A stretch of 64,000 nucleotides of DNA from an uncultured Candidatus Saccharibacteria bacterium (GCA_964510805.1 CAZEDG010000001.1:48227-112226); one strand, 5' to 3'. Shown: positions 20,881 to 30,610, counted from the stretch's first letter. Numbers and translations: made by a program. Notes: generated by a model not told the origin, from the sequence alone.

Positions 20881-21123
20881 ATGAGCGCAAGTTCTAACGA
20901 TCAAGGCAAGACGGTAGATGTAACGCTTCGTCTTTCTGTGGAATTACATCAAAGGTTGCTTGCTTTGCAAGCAACGGTGCAATCAAAAGATCTCGGAGAA
21001 GTTTCTCAAAATGCTTATCGCCTTTACGAGGCAATGGTTAACGAAGCAGAAGCAGGGGCTGAATTTTTTATCAAACGAAAAGGAGATGATGCTCCTGTTC
21101 CGCATGAAGTTTTTCAGAAATAA
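20881..21123 (+). CDS. small ribbon-helix-helix-like protein
   Basis: VDVTLRLS strand plus two helices; GGAG SD; hairpin after stop. Confidence 0.55.
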   Translation: MSASSNDQGKTVDVTLRLSVELHQRLLALQATVQSKDLGEVSQNAYRLYEAMVNEAEAGAEFFIKRKGDDAPVPHEVFQK

Positions 21124-21261
21124 TCGAGGTATGAGCACGGGAAAGGCATTAACATCTCTCCCGTGTTTTATTTTTTTATACTCAAATTACTTTTTATGGT
21201 ATGATGTCTCGTACCTGTATCTCTATCTATTAACCATTAACTATAAACTATTAACCACAGT

Positions 21262-22383
21262 ATGTCTCTCTCCATCGGAATTGTCGGTCTACCAAACGTT
21301 GGTAAATCAACACTTTTTAACGCCATCACTAAGAAGTCTGTCCCTGCGGATAACTATCCTTTTTGTACTATTGACCCATCAGTTGGTCTTGTTGCTGTGC
21401 CTGATGAACGACTTGAAGTGCTTTCTCGAATGAGCGGATCGAAGAAACTTATCCCTGCAGTTGTTGAGTTCGTAGATATCGCAGGTCTTGTAAAAGGTGC
21501 AAGTGAAGGGCAAGGGCTTGGTAATCAGTTCCTCTCTCATATTCGCGAGACAGATGCTATCGCACAAGTGGTGCGTATCTACGAGAATGGTGACCTTATC
21601 CATGTGGAAGGTACTGTTGATCCTGTACGCGATATCGAAATCATTAACATGGAACTTATTCTTGCGGATCTCCAGACTACAGAAAAAAGACTACAGACAA
21701 TAGAAAAAGATGTTAAACGTGGAGATAAAGATGCTCTTAAGTTTAAAGAACTTTTACTTACAATAAAAACAACACTTGAAGGTGAGAAGCTTGCTCATAG
21801 TATTTCTTTTGATGAAGAAGAGAAGAAGATTGTGCGCGAGCTTCACCTCATCACCATGAAGCCTTTTCTTTATGTGCTTAATAAGCAGTCAGGCGGTAAG
21901 AATCTTGATGAGATGAACTCTAATCCTACGGGCGGGGAACCTGATGATCGTTTCAAGAAGTTGCTTACTTATTTTAGAGATAATCATGCCAAGTATGTGA
22001 TTGTTGACGCGAAGATAGAAGATGAGCTTAAGGAATTTGAAGGAGAAGAAAAAGAGATGATGCGTCATGAGCTCGGTGCGCATGATAATGGTGTGGATGG
22101 TCTTATTAGTGCTGGCTATCAACTTCTTGGTCTTGAAACATACTTAACAACAGGGGAGATGGAGACAAGAGCATGGACTATCAAGAAGGGGTCTTCTGCG
22201 CCAAAGGCGGCATCTGCGATACATAGTGATTTTGAGCAGAAGTTCATTCGAGCAGAAGTTGTTGCGTATACAGATCTTGTGAGTGCGGGGAGTTTTGCAG
22301 AAGCAAAGTCACGAGGACTTCTTCGTACCGAGGGTAAGGAGTATATTGTGAAGGATGGTGATGTGATTGAGTTTAAAATTTGA
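21262..22383 (+). CDS. ychF: ribosome-binding ATPase YchF
   Basis: GLPNVGKST, DIAGLV, GLGNQFL, IHSDF, TGS domain. Confidence 0.97.
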   Translation: MSLSIGIVGLPNVGKSTLFNAITKKSVPADNYPFCTIDPSVGLVAVPDERLEVLSRMSGSKKLIPAVVEFVDIAGLVKGASEGQGLGNQFLSHIRETDAIAQVVRIYENGDLIHVEGTVDPVRDIEIINMELILADLQTTEKRLQTIEKDVKRGDKDALKFKELLLTIKTTLEGEKLAHSISFDEEEKKIVRELHLITMKPFLYVLNKQSGGKNLDEMNSNPTGGEPDDRFKKLLTYFRDNHAKYVIVDAKIEDELKEFEGEEKEMMRHELGAHDNGVDGLISAGYQLLGLETYLTTGEMETRAWTIKKGSSAPKAASAIHSDFEQKFIRAEVVAYTDLVSAGSFAEAKSRGLLRTEGKEYIVKDGDVIEFKI

Positions 22384-22419
22384 TTTGAAGGTCTTGATGT
22401 AAGTGTGCTACACTCTATG

Positions 22420-22519
22420 GTGGCTGGTCCTCGTATATGAAAAGAAGAGGATTAGCGTAAGGAAGCGCAGTGAAAGCCTCAAGCAGGTACCAGACCTCTC
22501 GGTCGGTGCCTGCTTTTTT
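22420..22519 (+). ncRNA. candidate stand-alone small RNA
   Basis: Extended -10 TGcTACACT (22409-14), 10-bp hairpin 22423-22456, terminator 22481-22519, no ORF. Confidence 0.45.
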
Positions 22520-22683
22520 CTTTTGTTTTGTGTGAGTGTTTTATAAGTAACTGTGGATAACTCTTGAGGAAAATTTGCGTAAAGATGTATAGACATGCTA
22601 GTATTTCTGTTAGACGTTCTTTTGCAAGCGATTGCAGTTTTTCGTAAGCGATTGACGTCTGCGGTAGACAACAGGAGTAAAGC

Positions 22684-22797
22684 ATGAACAACTTCGGCCA
22701 CTCCATGATCGGCAACGCCGGCTACATCGACACCGGCCAAAGTGGCTTCGCCACCACGACCGACATCAACGCGACGATCAACGGCGCCAACAACTGA
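22684..22797 (+). CDS. 37-aa Asn/Gly/Thr-rich peptide
   Basis: AGGAG SD; 30 of 37 codons end in C; promoter and terminator around it. Confidence 0.6.
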   Translation: MNNFGHSMIGNAGYIDTGQSGFATTTDINATINGANN

Positions 22798-22918
22798 AGG
22801 GCGAACATGCCCATCAAGATCTTGTTCCTTAGAACCATAAGCTGTGTATCAGCCTAAGGAACTCAACCCACCCCTCAAAAGGTGGGTTCGACTTTTTATA
22901 TAGACCTTACATAAGGAG

Positions 22919-22950
22919 TGTGAAATAAAATCCGTGCTAGGATGGTAGTA
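22919..22950 (+). promoter_or_regulatory. putative ECF sigma promoter (autoregulatory)
   Basis: TGTGAAATAAAA-N13-GGTAGTA, recurring at 24283. Confidence 0.55.
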
Positions 22951-22973
22951 AGGAATAAGCCTCATATTGTCAT

Positions 22974-23537
22974 ATGCAATCACTCTCTATAGCACATACT
23001 GACGAAGCCTTGGTAGAAGAAATATACCAAGGTGACAAGGAGCTCTTCGGGGAGCTTATTGATAGGTATGAGGCAAAACTTACAAGATACGTAAGAAGGT
23101 TCACACAAGAAAAAGATGATATCGACGATATTGTACAAACCATTTTTGTAAAAGCGTATACCCATCTTAACAGTTTCGATACTTCTCGTTCATTTAATAG
23201 TTGGATTTATCGTATTGCTCATAATGAGAGTGTGACGTATCTTAAGAGAAAAGGGGAAGAGAAGGTTTCTTTTATTGACTTTGATACCTTCTTCCCTCAT
23301 CCTTTTGCAAAAGAAGAATCAGATGCCCTTGCACTCTCCAATGAGCAGAAGAAACTTCTCGAAAGTTCACTAAGTAAACTTCCTCCTAAGTATCGCGAAG
23401 TGCTTGTACTTTATTTCTTCGAAGAGATGTCGTACGAAGAGATACGTGAAGTGCTCCATATACCTACCTCAACGGTAGGAGTTCGTTTAAGAAGAGCGAA
23501 GCAAGCGCTCGAGGCATTATTACAACAATACGTATGA
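22974..23537 (+). CDS. ECF RNA polymerase sigma factor
   Basis: DDIVQTIF, SFNSWIYRIAHN, region 4 HTH SYEEI...TVGVRLRRA. Confidence 0.92.
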   Translation: MQSLSIAHTDEALVEEIYQGDKELFGELIDRYEAKLTRYVRRFTQEKDDIDDIVQTIFVKAYTHLNSFDTSRSFNSWIYRIAHNESVTYLKRKGEEKVSFIDFDTFFPHPFAKEESDALALSNEQKKLLESSLSKLPPKYREVLVLYFFEEMSYEEIREVLHIPTSTVGVRLRRAKQALEALLQQYV

Positions 23538-24292
23538 AAAAACAAATTTCTCATCTCAAAGAAACTATTTTACATAAGGTAACTCATGATTCTATCTCTA
23601 TGATACCGAGATGGAAGTTCGTGATGTACTCACTTTTGTTTATTTTTGCTGGCCTCTTTGTAGCTGGGGTTGTTATTTTTTGTCTTAGTCTCTTTTTGTT
23701 CGTGCTTTCTTCTCATGGAATGCTCCATCTTTCTTTCTTTGATTTTGTTGCGATGCTTATGACGATCAAAGTACTTCCAGCTCTTCTTCTTATATTCACA
23801 TTGATTCTTGTTGGTGTGCTCCACATGATTGCAAGAAGATACACCGTAGCTTTCAGATGGCCTCTCCTTAGTGTATTTCTCCTCATTTCTATGGTGGCTG
23901 TTGCGCTTAGTTATTTTGTGAGTGAGACACCTCTTCATACTCATGTTAGAAATTTTGCACGAGGTCATCATGTGGGGATGATGGAGCATATGTATGACAG
24001 ACCTCATGATATTCTGCCAGGAAGACCTGATGTAATTCGCGGAGAAGTGCTGAGTGTGGCAAGTTCTTCTTTTCGAATAAGGGCTTTTGATGGAAAAGAA
24101 TTTCTTGTAAATGCTTCTCGTACGGAAGAGTATTCACCTTCTTTGCTTTCCCAACTGCAAGCAGGTGATGATGTAACAGTATTTGGCTCGTTTACACAAG
24201 ATGGAGATACTTTTGATATGCTTCTACTACGTGCTCATACTGTACAGTCATCAATGATGATGCGACAAGAATTTGCTCCTCCTGTGAAATAA
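23534..24292 (+). CDS. membrane protein, putative anti-sigma factor
   Basis: Overlaps sigma stop; 3 TM helices plus a small beta domain. Confidence 0.6.
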   Translation: MKKQISHLKETILHKVTHDSISMIPRWKFVMYSLLFIFAGLFVAGVVIFCLSLFLFVLSSHGMLHLSFFDFVAMLMTIKVLPALLLIFTLILVGVLHMIARRYTVAFRWPLLSVFLLISMVAVALSYFVSETPLHTHVRNFARGHHVGMMEHMYDRPHDILPGRPDVIRGEVLSVASSSFRIRAFDGKEFLVNASRTEEYSPSLLSQLQAGDDVTVFGSFTQDGDTFDMLLLRAHTVQSSMMMRQEFAPPVK

Positions 24293-24313
24293 AAGAAGTG
24301 TCAAAAGGTATTA
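24283..24313 (+). promoter_or_regulatory. second putative ECF promoter
   Basis: TGTGAAATAAAA-N12-GGTATTA. Confidence 0.5.
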
Positions 24314-24480
24314 GTAAGTGTAGGAAGGAATTGCTCCTATGCGCAGAGTTGCATACTCTTCCTGCTTAGTTTTTGTAAAAGTTGTAGTATCTCTATATCG
24401 GTACAACAGACACAGAGTTTTTTCCTTGGAGATTTACGACACAAAGACTTATTTATTCTTAACACTGAACTTATATATTT

Positions 24481-24942
24481 ATGAAAAAATCATTACAAAA
24501 AATTGGCATGGTAAGTGCACTATCACTCGCATCTTTTTCTGTACTTTCTGCTTCTGCTATGGGAATGCCTTACATGATGAACAATGCTACACCTGATGAA
24601 ATCGCAACAAGGCAGACACAGATGTTCACGAGTCAGGCTTCACTTATTGGTGCGACTGTGGATGAAGTAAAGAATGCTTGGGCAAGTGGGAAGGATTTTA
24701 AAACGCTTGCACAAGAAAAAGGAATCACAGAAGAACAGCTTCGTACAAAAATGGAAACCAAGAGAACCGACGAGATGAAAACCACACTCGCAACTCTTGT
24801 AAGTAAAGGAGTTATTACTCAGGCGCAAGCAGATAAGAGGCTTGCAACCATGAGTGCAAAGGCAAGTAACGAAAAAGGCGCAGGCAAGCGCGGAAGGGGA
24901 CATATGTCCGGCTTCACAGGAATGATGGGAGGAGGGTTCTAG
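24481..24942 (+). CDS. secreted helical protein, Met/Gly-rich ends
   Basis: Signal peptide (ASA), LAQEKGIT and LVSKGVITQAQAD. Confidence 0.75.
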   Translation: MKKSLQKIGMVSALSLASFSVLSASAMGMPYMMNNATPDEIATRQTQMFTSQASLIGATVDEVKNAWASGKDFKTLAQEKGITEEQLRTKMETKRTDEMKTTLATLVSKGVITQAQADKRLATMSAKASNEKGAGKRGRGHMSGFTGMMGGGF

Positions 24943-25132
24943 TTATTGCTTGTGTAAAAAATTCTACACATATTGATCTATCTTTTACAAAACCATCACA
25001 CACAGAAGTGTGATGGTTTTGTTTTTTTTGCAAAAAAAGAGGAGATGGTGTACTATCGATGAGTATCTTTGTCGAAGTATGGCTAAACCAGAACTATTTG
25101 TTTTGGTCGCTCTATAGTAAGGAGAAAGAATC

Positions 25133-25522
25133 GTGATTGATCAAGGCATTCGTATTTATCTTCAAGATGTTTCGCTTTCAGTCAAAGAAGAAGTCGTTAG
25201 TTCTGCAAAAAGAGCAATTCAAGGCGTAGAAAACGCGGTGAGAGCTTCTCAGGAGTCTGATGAACTATATTTTTCTTTCGAAGAGATTCGTATTAACTCT
25301 TACCCTCTTGATAAAAGGGAAGTTAATACTGTTGAAGTTAGTGTCTCTTTTCATTCTTCGCTTTCTTCTGACAGGAAGAGTTCAAAAACTGTTGCCTATG
25401 TTTACAGAAGAAACAGGGCTTGTACGGAAACTTCTATGGCGAAGCAAGTTTTTGACGCAACAGCACAACTTGCTCTTGCTCTTGCAGATGAAGTTCTTTT
25501 GAAGGATCTGAAGGCTATATAG
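25133..25522 (+). CDS. orphan hypothetical protein
   Basis: TAAGGAG SD before GTG; TTGCAA-N17-TACTAT. Confidence 0.6.
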   Translation: MIDQGIRIYLQDVSLSVKEEVVSSAKRAIQGVENAVRASQESDELYFSFEEIRINSYPLDKREVNTVEVSVSFHSSLSSDRKSSKTVAYVYRRNRACTETSMAKQVFDATAQLALALADEVLLKDLKAI

Positions 25523-25624
25523 AACAAAATACAAAGAAGCGCCACCGGGTAATCCGTGAGCGCTTTTGTTTTATTTCTCCAAAATCTGTATAATGAGAGG
25601 TATACTATCTTAATCTTTTTTTGT

Positions 25625-27544
25625 ATGACTGTTAATGAAATTAGACATAAGTTTCTTCGCTATATGGAGAGCAAGGGGCATGTAGTTGTTCCTTCTGCTT
25701 CCCTTGTTCCGGAGAATGATCCAACGACACTCTTCACAGGAAGTGGCATGCAACCGATGCTTCCGTATCTACTAGGGCAACCTCATCCACTTGGCACTCG
25801 TATTGCTGATTCTCAGAAGTCTTTTCGTTCACAAGATATTGAGGAGGTGGGTGATAATCGTCATACAACATTCTTCGAGATGCTCGGTAATTGGTCTTTT
25901 GGTGATTATTTTAAAGAAGAAGAGATTAGATGGATGTTTCATTTTCTTACGGAAGAATTGAAGCTTAACCCTGAGAATCTTTATATTACTTGTTTTTCGG
26001 GGAATGATGCGCTTAATGTGCCAAGAGATACTTTTTCGGCTGAGTTGTGGCAGAGGCTTTTTTCTGCAAAAGATATTGACGCGCTCATAAGTGATACACC
26101 AGAACTTGGAATGAAGTCAGGTGAGAGAATCTTTTATTATGGAGAGAAGAAAAATTGGTGGAGTAGATCAGGTGTGCCACAGAATATGCCAGAAGGAGAG
26201 CCTGGTGGTCCTGATTCTGAGATGTTCTATGATTTTGATCCTGATGCAAAGAAAGGAATGCATGCGAGCTCTCAGTGGGCACATGAGCCATGTCATGTGA
26301 ACTGTGACTGCGGAAGATTCCTTGAGGTTGGTAACAATGTCTTTATGCAGTACAAGAAAGCTGAAGGAGGTTTTAAAGAGCTTCCTCAAATGAATGTTGA
26401 TCATGGTTCTGGTCTTGAGCGCTACGTGTCTGCGGTTCGTAATGATCCGGATATTTTTAATATTGATGTTTTTGATATTCCAAAAGAAGTGATTAAACGT
26501 CTCTCAAATCATCCATACGAAGAGAGTGCACAGGTTATGTACGCGTATCGCGTAATTCTTGATCATATTAGGTCAGCCACATTTCTTATTGGGGATGGTG
26601 TTATGCCTGGCAATAAAGATCAGATGTACTTCGTACGTCGTCTGGTAAGACGCGCAGTTCGGTTTGCGCGCAATCTTGGAATTGAAGTTAATTTTACTCG
26701 AGAAATTGCTAAGGCTTTTATTTCTGTGTACAAGGATGCGTATAGCAATCTTGGAGAAGGAGAAGAACAGATTCTTTCTGCTCTTGATAAGGAGGAATCC
26801 AAGTTCCGTGTGACCCTAGAAAAGGGTATGAGAGAGTTCGAGAAGATTGCAAAGGATCATATCTCCGGTAAGGACGCCTTTGACCTCCTTCAGTCATATG
26901 GTTTTCCTATTGAGCTTACAGAAGAACTTGCATACGAACGAGGGCTTCAGGTAGATAGGGTTGGTTTTGAAGAAGAAAAGAAAAAGCACGCAGAGGAGTC
27001 TCGTACTGCGTCTTCTGGTAAGTTCAAAGGTGGCCTTGGAGGGGACGGTGATATGGAAGTGAAGTATCATACTGCGACACATCTCCTTCACGAAGCGCTT
27101 CGTCAGGTGCTCGGTGAATCAGTTGCTCAGAAGGGGTCGAATATTACACCCGAGCGACTTCGTTTTGATTTTTCTTTTGATCGTAAGATGACAGATGAAG
27201 AGAAGAAGCAGGTAGAGGATATTGTTAATAGTCGTATTCGTGATGCGCTTCCTGTTACTCGCGAAGAGGTGAGTATTGATGAGGCAAGAGCTCTTGGAGC
27301 AATCGGATTATTTGGAGATAAGTATGGTGATACAGTAAGTGTGTATCGCGTAGGGTCAGGTAAGAGACGAGGAGAGGGAAGTCTTTTCTCGATTGAGTTC
27401 TGTGGTGGGCCTCATGTAGAGAACACGCGAGAGCTTGCCGTGTCACTCCTTCCTAACGGAACGATGCTTGAAGATGTCTTTAAGATCGCAAAAGAAGAAG
27501 CAGTATCTCAAGGTGTAAGAAGAATCAAGGCGGTGCTTCAATAG
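25625..27544 (+). CDS. alaS: alanine--tRNA ligase lacking C-Ala domain
   Basis: RHTTFFEMLGNWSFGDYFK, HTATHLL, EFCGGPH, GVRRIKA at the C-terminus. Confidence 0.96.
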   Translation: MTVNEIRHKFLRYMESKGHVVVPSASLVPENDPTTLFTGSGMQPMLPYLLGQPHPLGTRIADSQKSFRSQDIEEVGDNRHTTFFEMLGNWSFGDYFKEEEIRWMFHFLTEELKLNPENLYITCFSGNDALNVPRDTFSAELWQRLFSAKDIDALISDTPELGMKSGERIFYYGEKKNWWSRSGVPQNMPEGEPGGPDSEMFYDFDPDAKKGMHASSQWAHEPCHVNCDCGRFLEVGNNVFMQYKKAEGGFKELPQMNVDHGSGLERYVSAVRNDPDIFNIDVFDIPKEVIKRLSNHPYEESAQVMYAYRVILDHIRSATFLIGDGVMPGNKDQMYFVRRLVRRAVRFARNLGIEVNFTREIAKAFISVYKDAYSNLGEGEEQILSALDKEESKFRVTLEKGMREFEKIAKDHISGKDAFDLLQSYGFPIELTEELAYERGLQVDRVGFEEEKKKHAEESRTASSGKFKGGLGGDGDMEVKYHTATHLLHEALRQVLGESVAQKGSNITPERLRFDFSFDRKMTDEEKKQVEDIVNSRIRDALPVTREEVSIDEARALGAIGLFGDKYGDTVSVYRVGSGKRRGEGSLFSIEFCGGPHVENTRELAVSLLPNGTMLEDVFKIAKEEAVSQGVRRIKAVLQ

Positions 27545-27561
27545 ATAGATGAGATAGATGG

Positions 27562-27623
27562 TAGATTTTAGACGTTAGATATTAGAAAAGAAAAAAGGCG
27601 CGACCGCAGGTCGCGCCTTTTTT
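27562..27623. repeat. TAGA heptamer array plus GCGACC-GCA-GGTCGC palindrome (bidirectional terminator)
   Basis: tagattt tagacgt tagatat tagaaaa; aaaaaaggcgcgacc-gca-ggtcgcgcctttttt. Confidence 0.8.
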
Positions 27624-27628
27624 GAAAC

Positions 27629-28186
27629 TCAGTCACCCCATGTAAGGTAAAACTTCGGCTTGTTGTGTTCAGGACATGCGTTGTTTGTACAACCGAAGAC
27701 ACCGAATTGGGTATAGTGAACGGCTGTAGTTCTCATATTTTGCATGTAGTAATCTTCTCGAGCTTTGTTTTCTTTTTCCCACGCTTTTCTCATTAGCGTT
27801 GGACAGTCTTCTCGTTCCTTACCTGGGAAATGCCAGAGAGTGAGAGGGTTATTACACCAAAGACAAAGTGCTGGAGTTTTTTCAACAGTTTCTTCTCTGA
27901 AGCACTTTTTACAGATTCTGCTGATATCAAAGACGCCGGTGGCGTATTTCCTATTACCGTCGCGGTCTCGGTAGAAGAGTTGTGTCCATGCGTGGTCACA
28001 ATCTGCTCTCATAGCTTCAACGGTTTCTTCTAGTCCCTGTATCTGTTCAAGGTGCTCCTGTATCTTTTTGAATGTATTTCGTATGTTTCGATCTGTTGGT
28101 CTCTTTGATGGCTTAGAAAGAGCGTAGCCACGGAAACTTACATACCTTGAATAGCGTTGTCTTCGGTTAGACATTCGGTTAGACAT
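27629..28186 (-). CDS. orphan Cys/His-rich putative zinc-binding protein
   Basis: Coiled coil then CDH, CKKC, CLWC, CTNNAC. Confidence 0.65.
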   Translation of the reverse strand: MSNRMSNRRQRYSRYVSFRGYALSKPSKRPTDRNIRNTFKKIQEHLEQIQGLEETVEAMRADCDHAWTQLFYRDRDGNRKYATGVFDISRICKKCFREETVEKTPALCLWCNNPLTLWHFPGKEREDCPTLMRKAWEKENKAREDYYMQNMRTTAVHYTQFGVFGCTNNACPEHNKPKFYLTWGD

Positions 28187-28297
28187 GGTGTATCCTTTCC
28201 GTATTTACACATCGGCTATTGATCCACTGCAATACTATCACAATTAGGTTTATTTTCCACTACCAACTATCACTACTTAGTTATATACTCAAAGTAT

Positions 28298-28693
28298 ATG
28301 GACCGACCATCTGCTTCTTTTCTTTCTATCGCTGTAAGTGATACATCAACGCTTGTTAATTATGTCGTTGATGGGCATGTGCTTGTTTCTCATGTGCATC
28401 CTGTTGGGTATAAGCATATAGAAGCAGAGGGGATGGGGGTGATCGCTTCTTCTAAACTCGTCGACGGAGTGCTTTATGTGCTTGAGTTTATTTCTCTATA
28501 CGATCGTATTCCTACAGATTTTAGATTAGTGGCATCTCGATATGCTCCGTGGGTCGGTGAAGTAATAGAAAAAGCATCTTATTCACAGTTCTTCACAAAC
28601 GGTGCTCCAATAAGTGTTACACTAGAAGGTGTAAAAGACGTTCCTCTCTCATATGCAAGACATTCGCAAACCATACACTCGTTCAAGGTCTAA
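28298..28693 (+). CDS. hypothetical protein
   Basis: 131-aa ORF, TATACT 8 nt before ATG, overlaps next gene. Confidence 0.55.
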   Translation: MDRPSASFLSIAVSDTSTLVNYVVDGHVLVSHVHPVGYKHIEAEGMGVIASSKLVDGVLYVLEFISLYDRIPTDFRLVASRYAPWVGEVIEKASYSQFFTNGAPISVTLEGVKDVPLSYARHSQTIHSFKV

Positions 28694-30062
28694 CGATGAT
28701 CTTCATTCTCGTATAGAACGCTTCGACTTATCACACAAAAATCGTGATGAGTATGATGATTCGTACGAAGATGATCCTGTACGTATCCCTGTTAAGCGAC
28801 AGCGTCGTGATATTCATGGTATGGATATGTATCCAAGCAGACGTATGGATAAAGATGAAGAGCTTTACGAGGACGAAGGGCTATATGACGACAGAAGATC
28901 TTCACATGGACGCGTTCCTTCTCGAAGAAGAAGGATTTCTCTTGGAACGGCAGGTTCTCTTCTTGGGGTTATTTTGTTTGTTGCTGGTATTGTGCTATAT
29001 ACCTATGTTTTTGATAGTGCGACTATCACACTTACACCTAAGTATAAAGATATTCAAGATGTTGGAAAAACATTTGTTTTCTCAAAAGAAGGCGTCGACG
29101 CGTCAGGGATTCCTTTTGTTGTAGAAACAACCTCTCTTTCAAAAACAAAAACCTTACCACTCTCCGAATCTCGAAAAGTCGAGTCCAAGGCTACAGGAAA
29201 GGCAATCATTTATAATAATTATGATGGAAATACTCAGAAGTTAATTAAAAATACCCGTTTCGAGTCGTCTAAAGGTAAGATTTATCGTATTAATCAGTCT
29301 ATCGAAGTTCCAGGCAAGAAAGGGGATACTCCCGGCAGTGTTGAGGTTACGTTATATGCAGATAGTGCTGGCGCTGAGTACAATATTGACTCGACGACAT
29401 TTAGTATCCCTGGATTCAAAGGAACTTCACGCGAGAGTGCTTTTTATGCTAAGACTAAGTCGGCTATTTCTGGAGGTTCTTCAGGCACCATGTCACTTCC
29501 TTCTATTTCTGATCTTAATTCTGCAAAAGATTCTCTTGCGCTTGAACTTAAGCAAAGCATCCAAGATGATCTTCATAAGATCAAAAAAGACGGCTACATT
29601 CCTCTCTATTCTTCTGCTGAGATCGCTTATTCAGATAATGAAGAAGATATACGTAAAGGGGTTACTGATAGCTATAAAGTAACAGCTACTGCATACGTCA
29701 TGTTGGCAGATGCTTCAAAGCTCGCAGAGGCGCTTGCAAAAACATTTGGTGATTATGATGGAGGTGCTGTGCGACTTCTTTCTTCAGATGGCCTCTCTTT
29801 TACAAGAAAACAAACTGATGCAATTAATGGAGCAAACACCATTTCTCTTTTAGTTGACGGTAAAGCGAGAGTTGTCTGGGTAACTGATAGCGACGCAGTA
29901 AAAAGTCTTGTGCAGGGCAAAGAAAGGGATATGTTTAAAGGACTTATGAAGACAGTAAGCTCTGTCGATAGTGCCGAAATAAGCTTCTCACCAATGTGGC
30001 TTACACACTTCCCAGATACACGTTCTAAGCTAACCGTGACAGAATCTCTTCCAAAGCGTTGA
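28653..30062 (+). CDS. membrane-anchored protein with baseplate J/gp47-like domain
   Basis: Charged N-tail, TM, KATG..IYN, TRF, VPG, ADSAGAEYNI, FSIPG, ISGG. Confidence 0.65.
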   Translation: MQDIRKPYTRSRSNDDLHSRIERFDLSHKNRDEYDDSYEDDPVRIPVKRQRRDIHGMDMYPSRRMDKDEELYEDEGLYDDRRSSHGRVPSRRRRISLGTAGSLLGVILFVAGIVLYTYVFDSATITLTPKYKDIQDVGKTFVFSKEGVDASGIPFVVETTSLSKTKTLPLSESRKVESKATGKAIIYNNYDGNTQKLIKNTRFESSKGKIYRINQSIEVPGKKGDTPGSVEVTLYADSAGAEYNIDSTTFSIPGFKGTSRESAFYAKTKSAISGGSSGTMSLPSISDLNSAKDSLALELKQSIQDDLHKIKKDGYIPLYSSAEIAYSDNEEDIRKGVTDSYKVTATAYVMLADASKLAEALAKTFGDYDGGAVRLLSSDGLSFTRKQTDAINGANTISLLVDGKARVVWVTDSDAVKSLVQGKERDMFKGLMKTVSSVDSAEISFSPMWLTHFPDTRSKLTVTESLPKR

Positions 30063-30115
30063 TAATCCTTTTATTTTCTGGTACACTTAAGACCTCTTAT
30101 CTAAAACAGTAGAGT

Positions 30116-30334
30116 ATGGATGATCATAACGACGATATAGAAACTATAGAAGGACGTGTCATTGAAGCGCTCCCAAGCACTCTCTTTCGTATTGAGCTTG
30201 CAGGAGGTAAGACACTTATCTCTTATCTTGGTGGTCGTATGAGAGTACACAAGATCAAGGTGCTTGTTGGAGATAAAGTTATGGTCCAAATAGATCCATA
30301 CGGAGGCAAAGGAAGAATAGTAAAGCGTCTCTAG
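30116..30334 (+). CDS. infA: translation initiation factor IF-1
   Basis: EALPSTLFRIEL, IKVLVGDKV, GRIV. Confidence 0.95.
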   Translation: MDDHNDDIETIEGRVIEALPSTLFRIELAGGKTLISYLGGRMRVHKIKVLVGDKVMVQIDPYGGKGRIVKRL

Positions 30335-30453
30335 ATAAAAATAGACCCTAGAAATTATGGTATTTTTTAATACCTAAGATCTAACATCTATTGTCTAGTC
30401 CCGCAGATTTGCATTATTTATTAAGGTGTAGTATAATTTAACCCACATTTCTC

Positions 30454-30567
30454 ATGAAAGTACGATCATCAGTAAAGACAATTTGTTCAAAGTGTCAGAT
30501 GCTTAAGCGAGGCGGAGTTCTTCGTGTTATTTGTGAGAACCCTAAACACAAGCAGGCACAAGGATAA
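30454..30567 (+). CDS. rpmJ: 50S ribosomal protein L36 (Zn-binding type)
   Basis: [37 protein letters not shown]; absent from ORF track. Confidence 0.97.
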   Translation: MKVRSSVKTICSKCQMLKRGGVLRVICENPKHKQAQG

Positions 30568-30610
30568 CCTTATAACCACCTACAAGTATTTAGTAAAAAA
30601 TTATTAGCAT

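Noticed and set aside
22419-22445. HDV-like ribozyme (TCCTCG core)
   Set aside because: The required P3 pairing around the core is absent; the segment forms a simple hairpin.
22450-22480. SRP RNA (AAGGAAGC similarity)
   Set aside because: No CAGG..GNRA..AGCAG helix-8 symmetry.
17667-22560. DnaA boxes (TTATCCACA at 17667, reverse at 22552) as oriC
   Set aside because: Isolated single boxes, no cluster, no dnaA/dnaN and no divergent strand switch.
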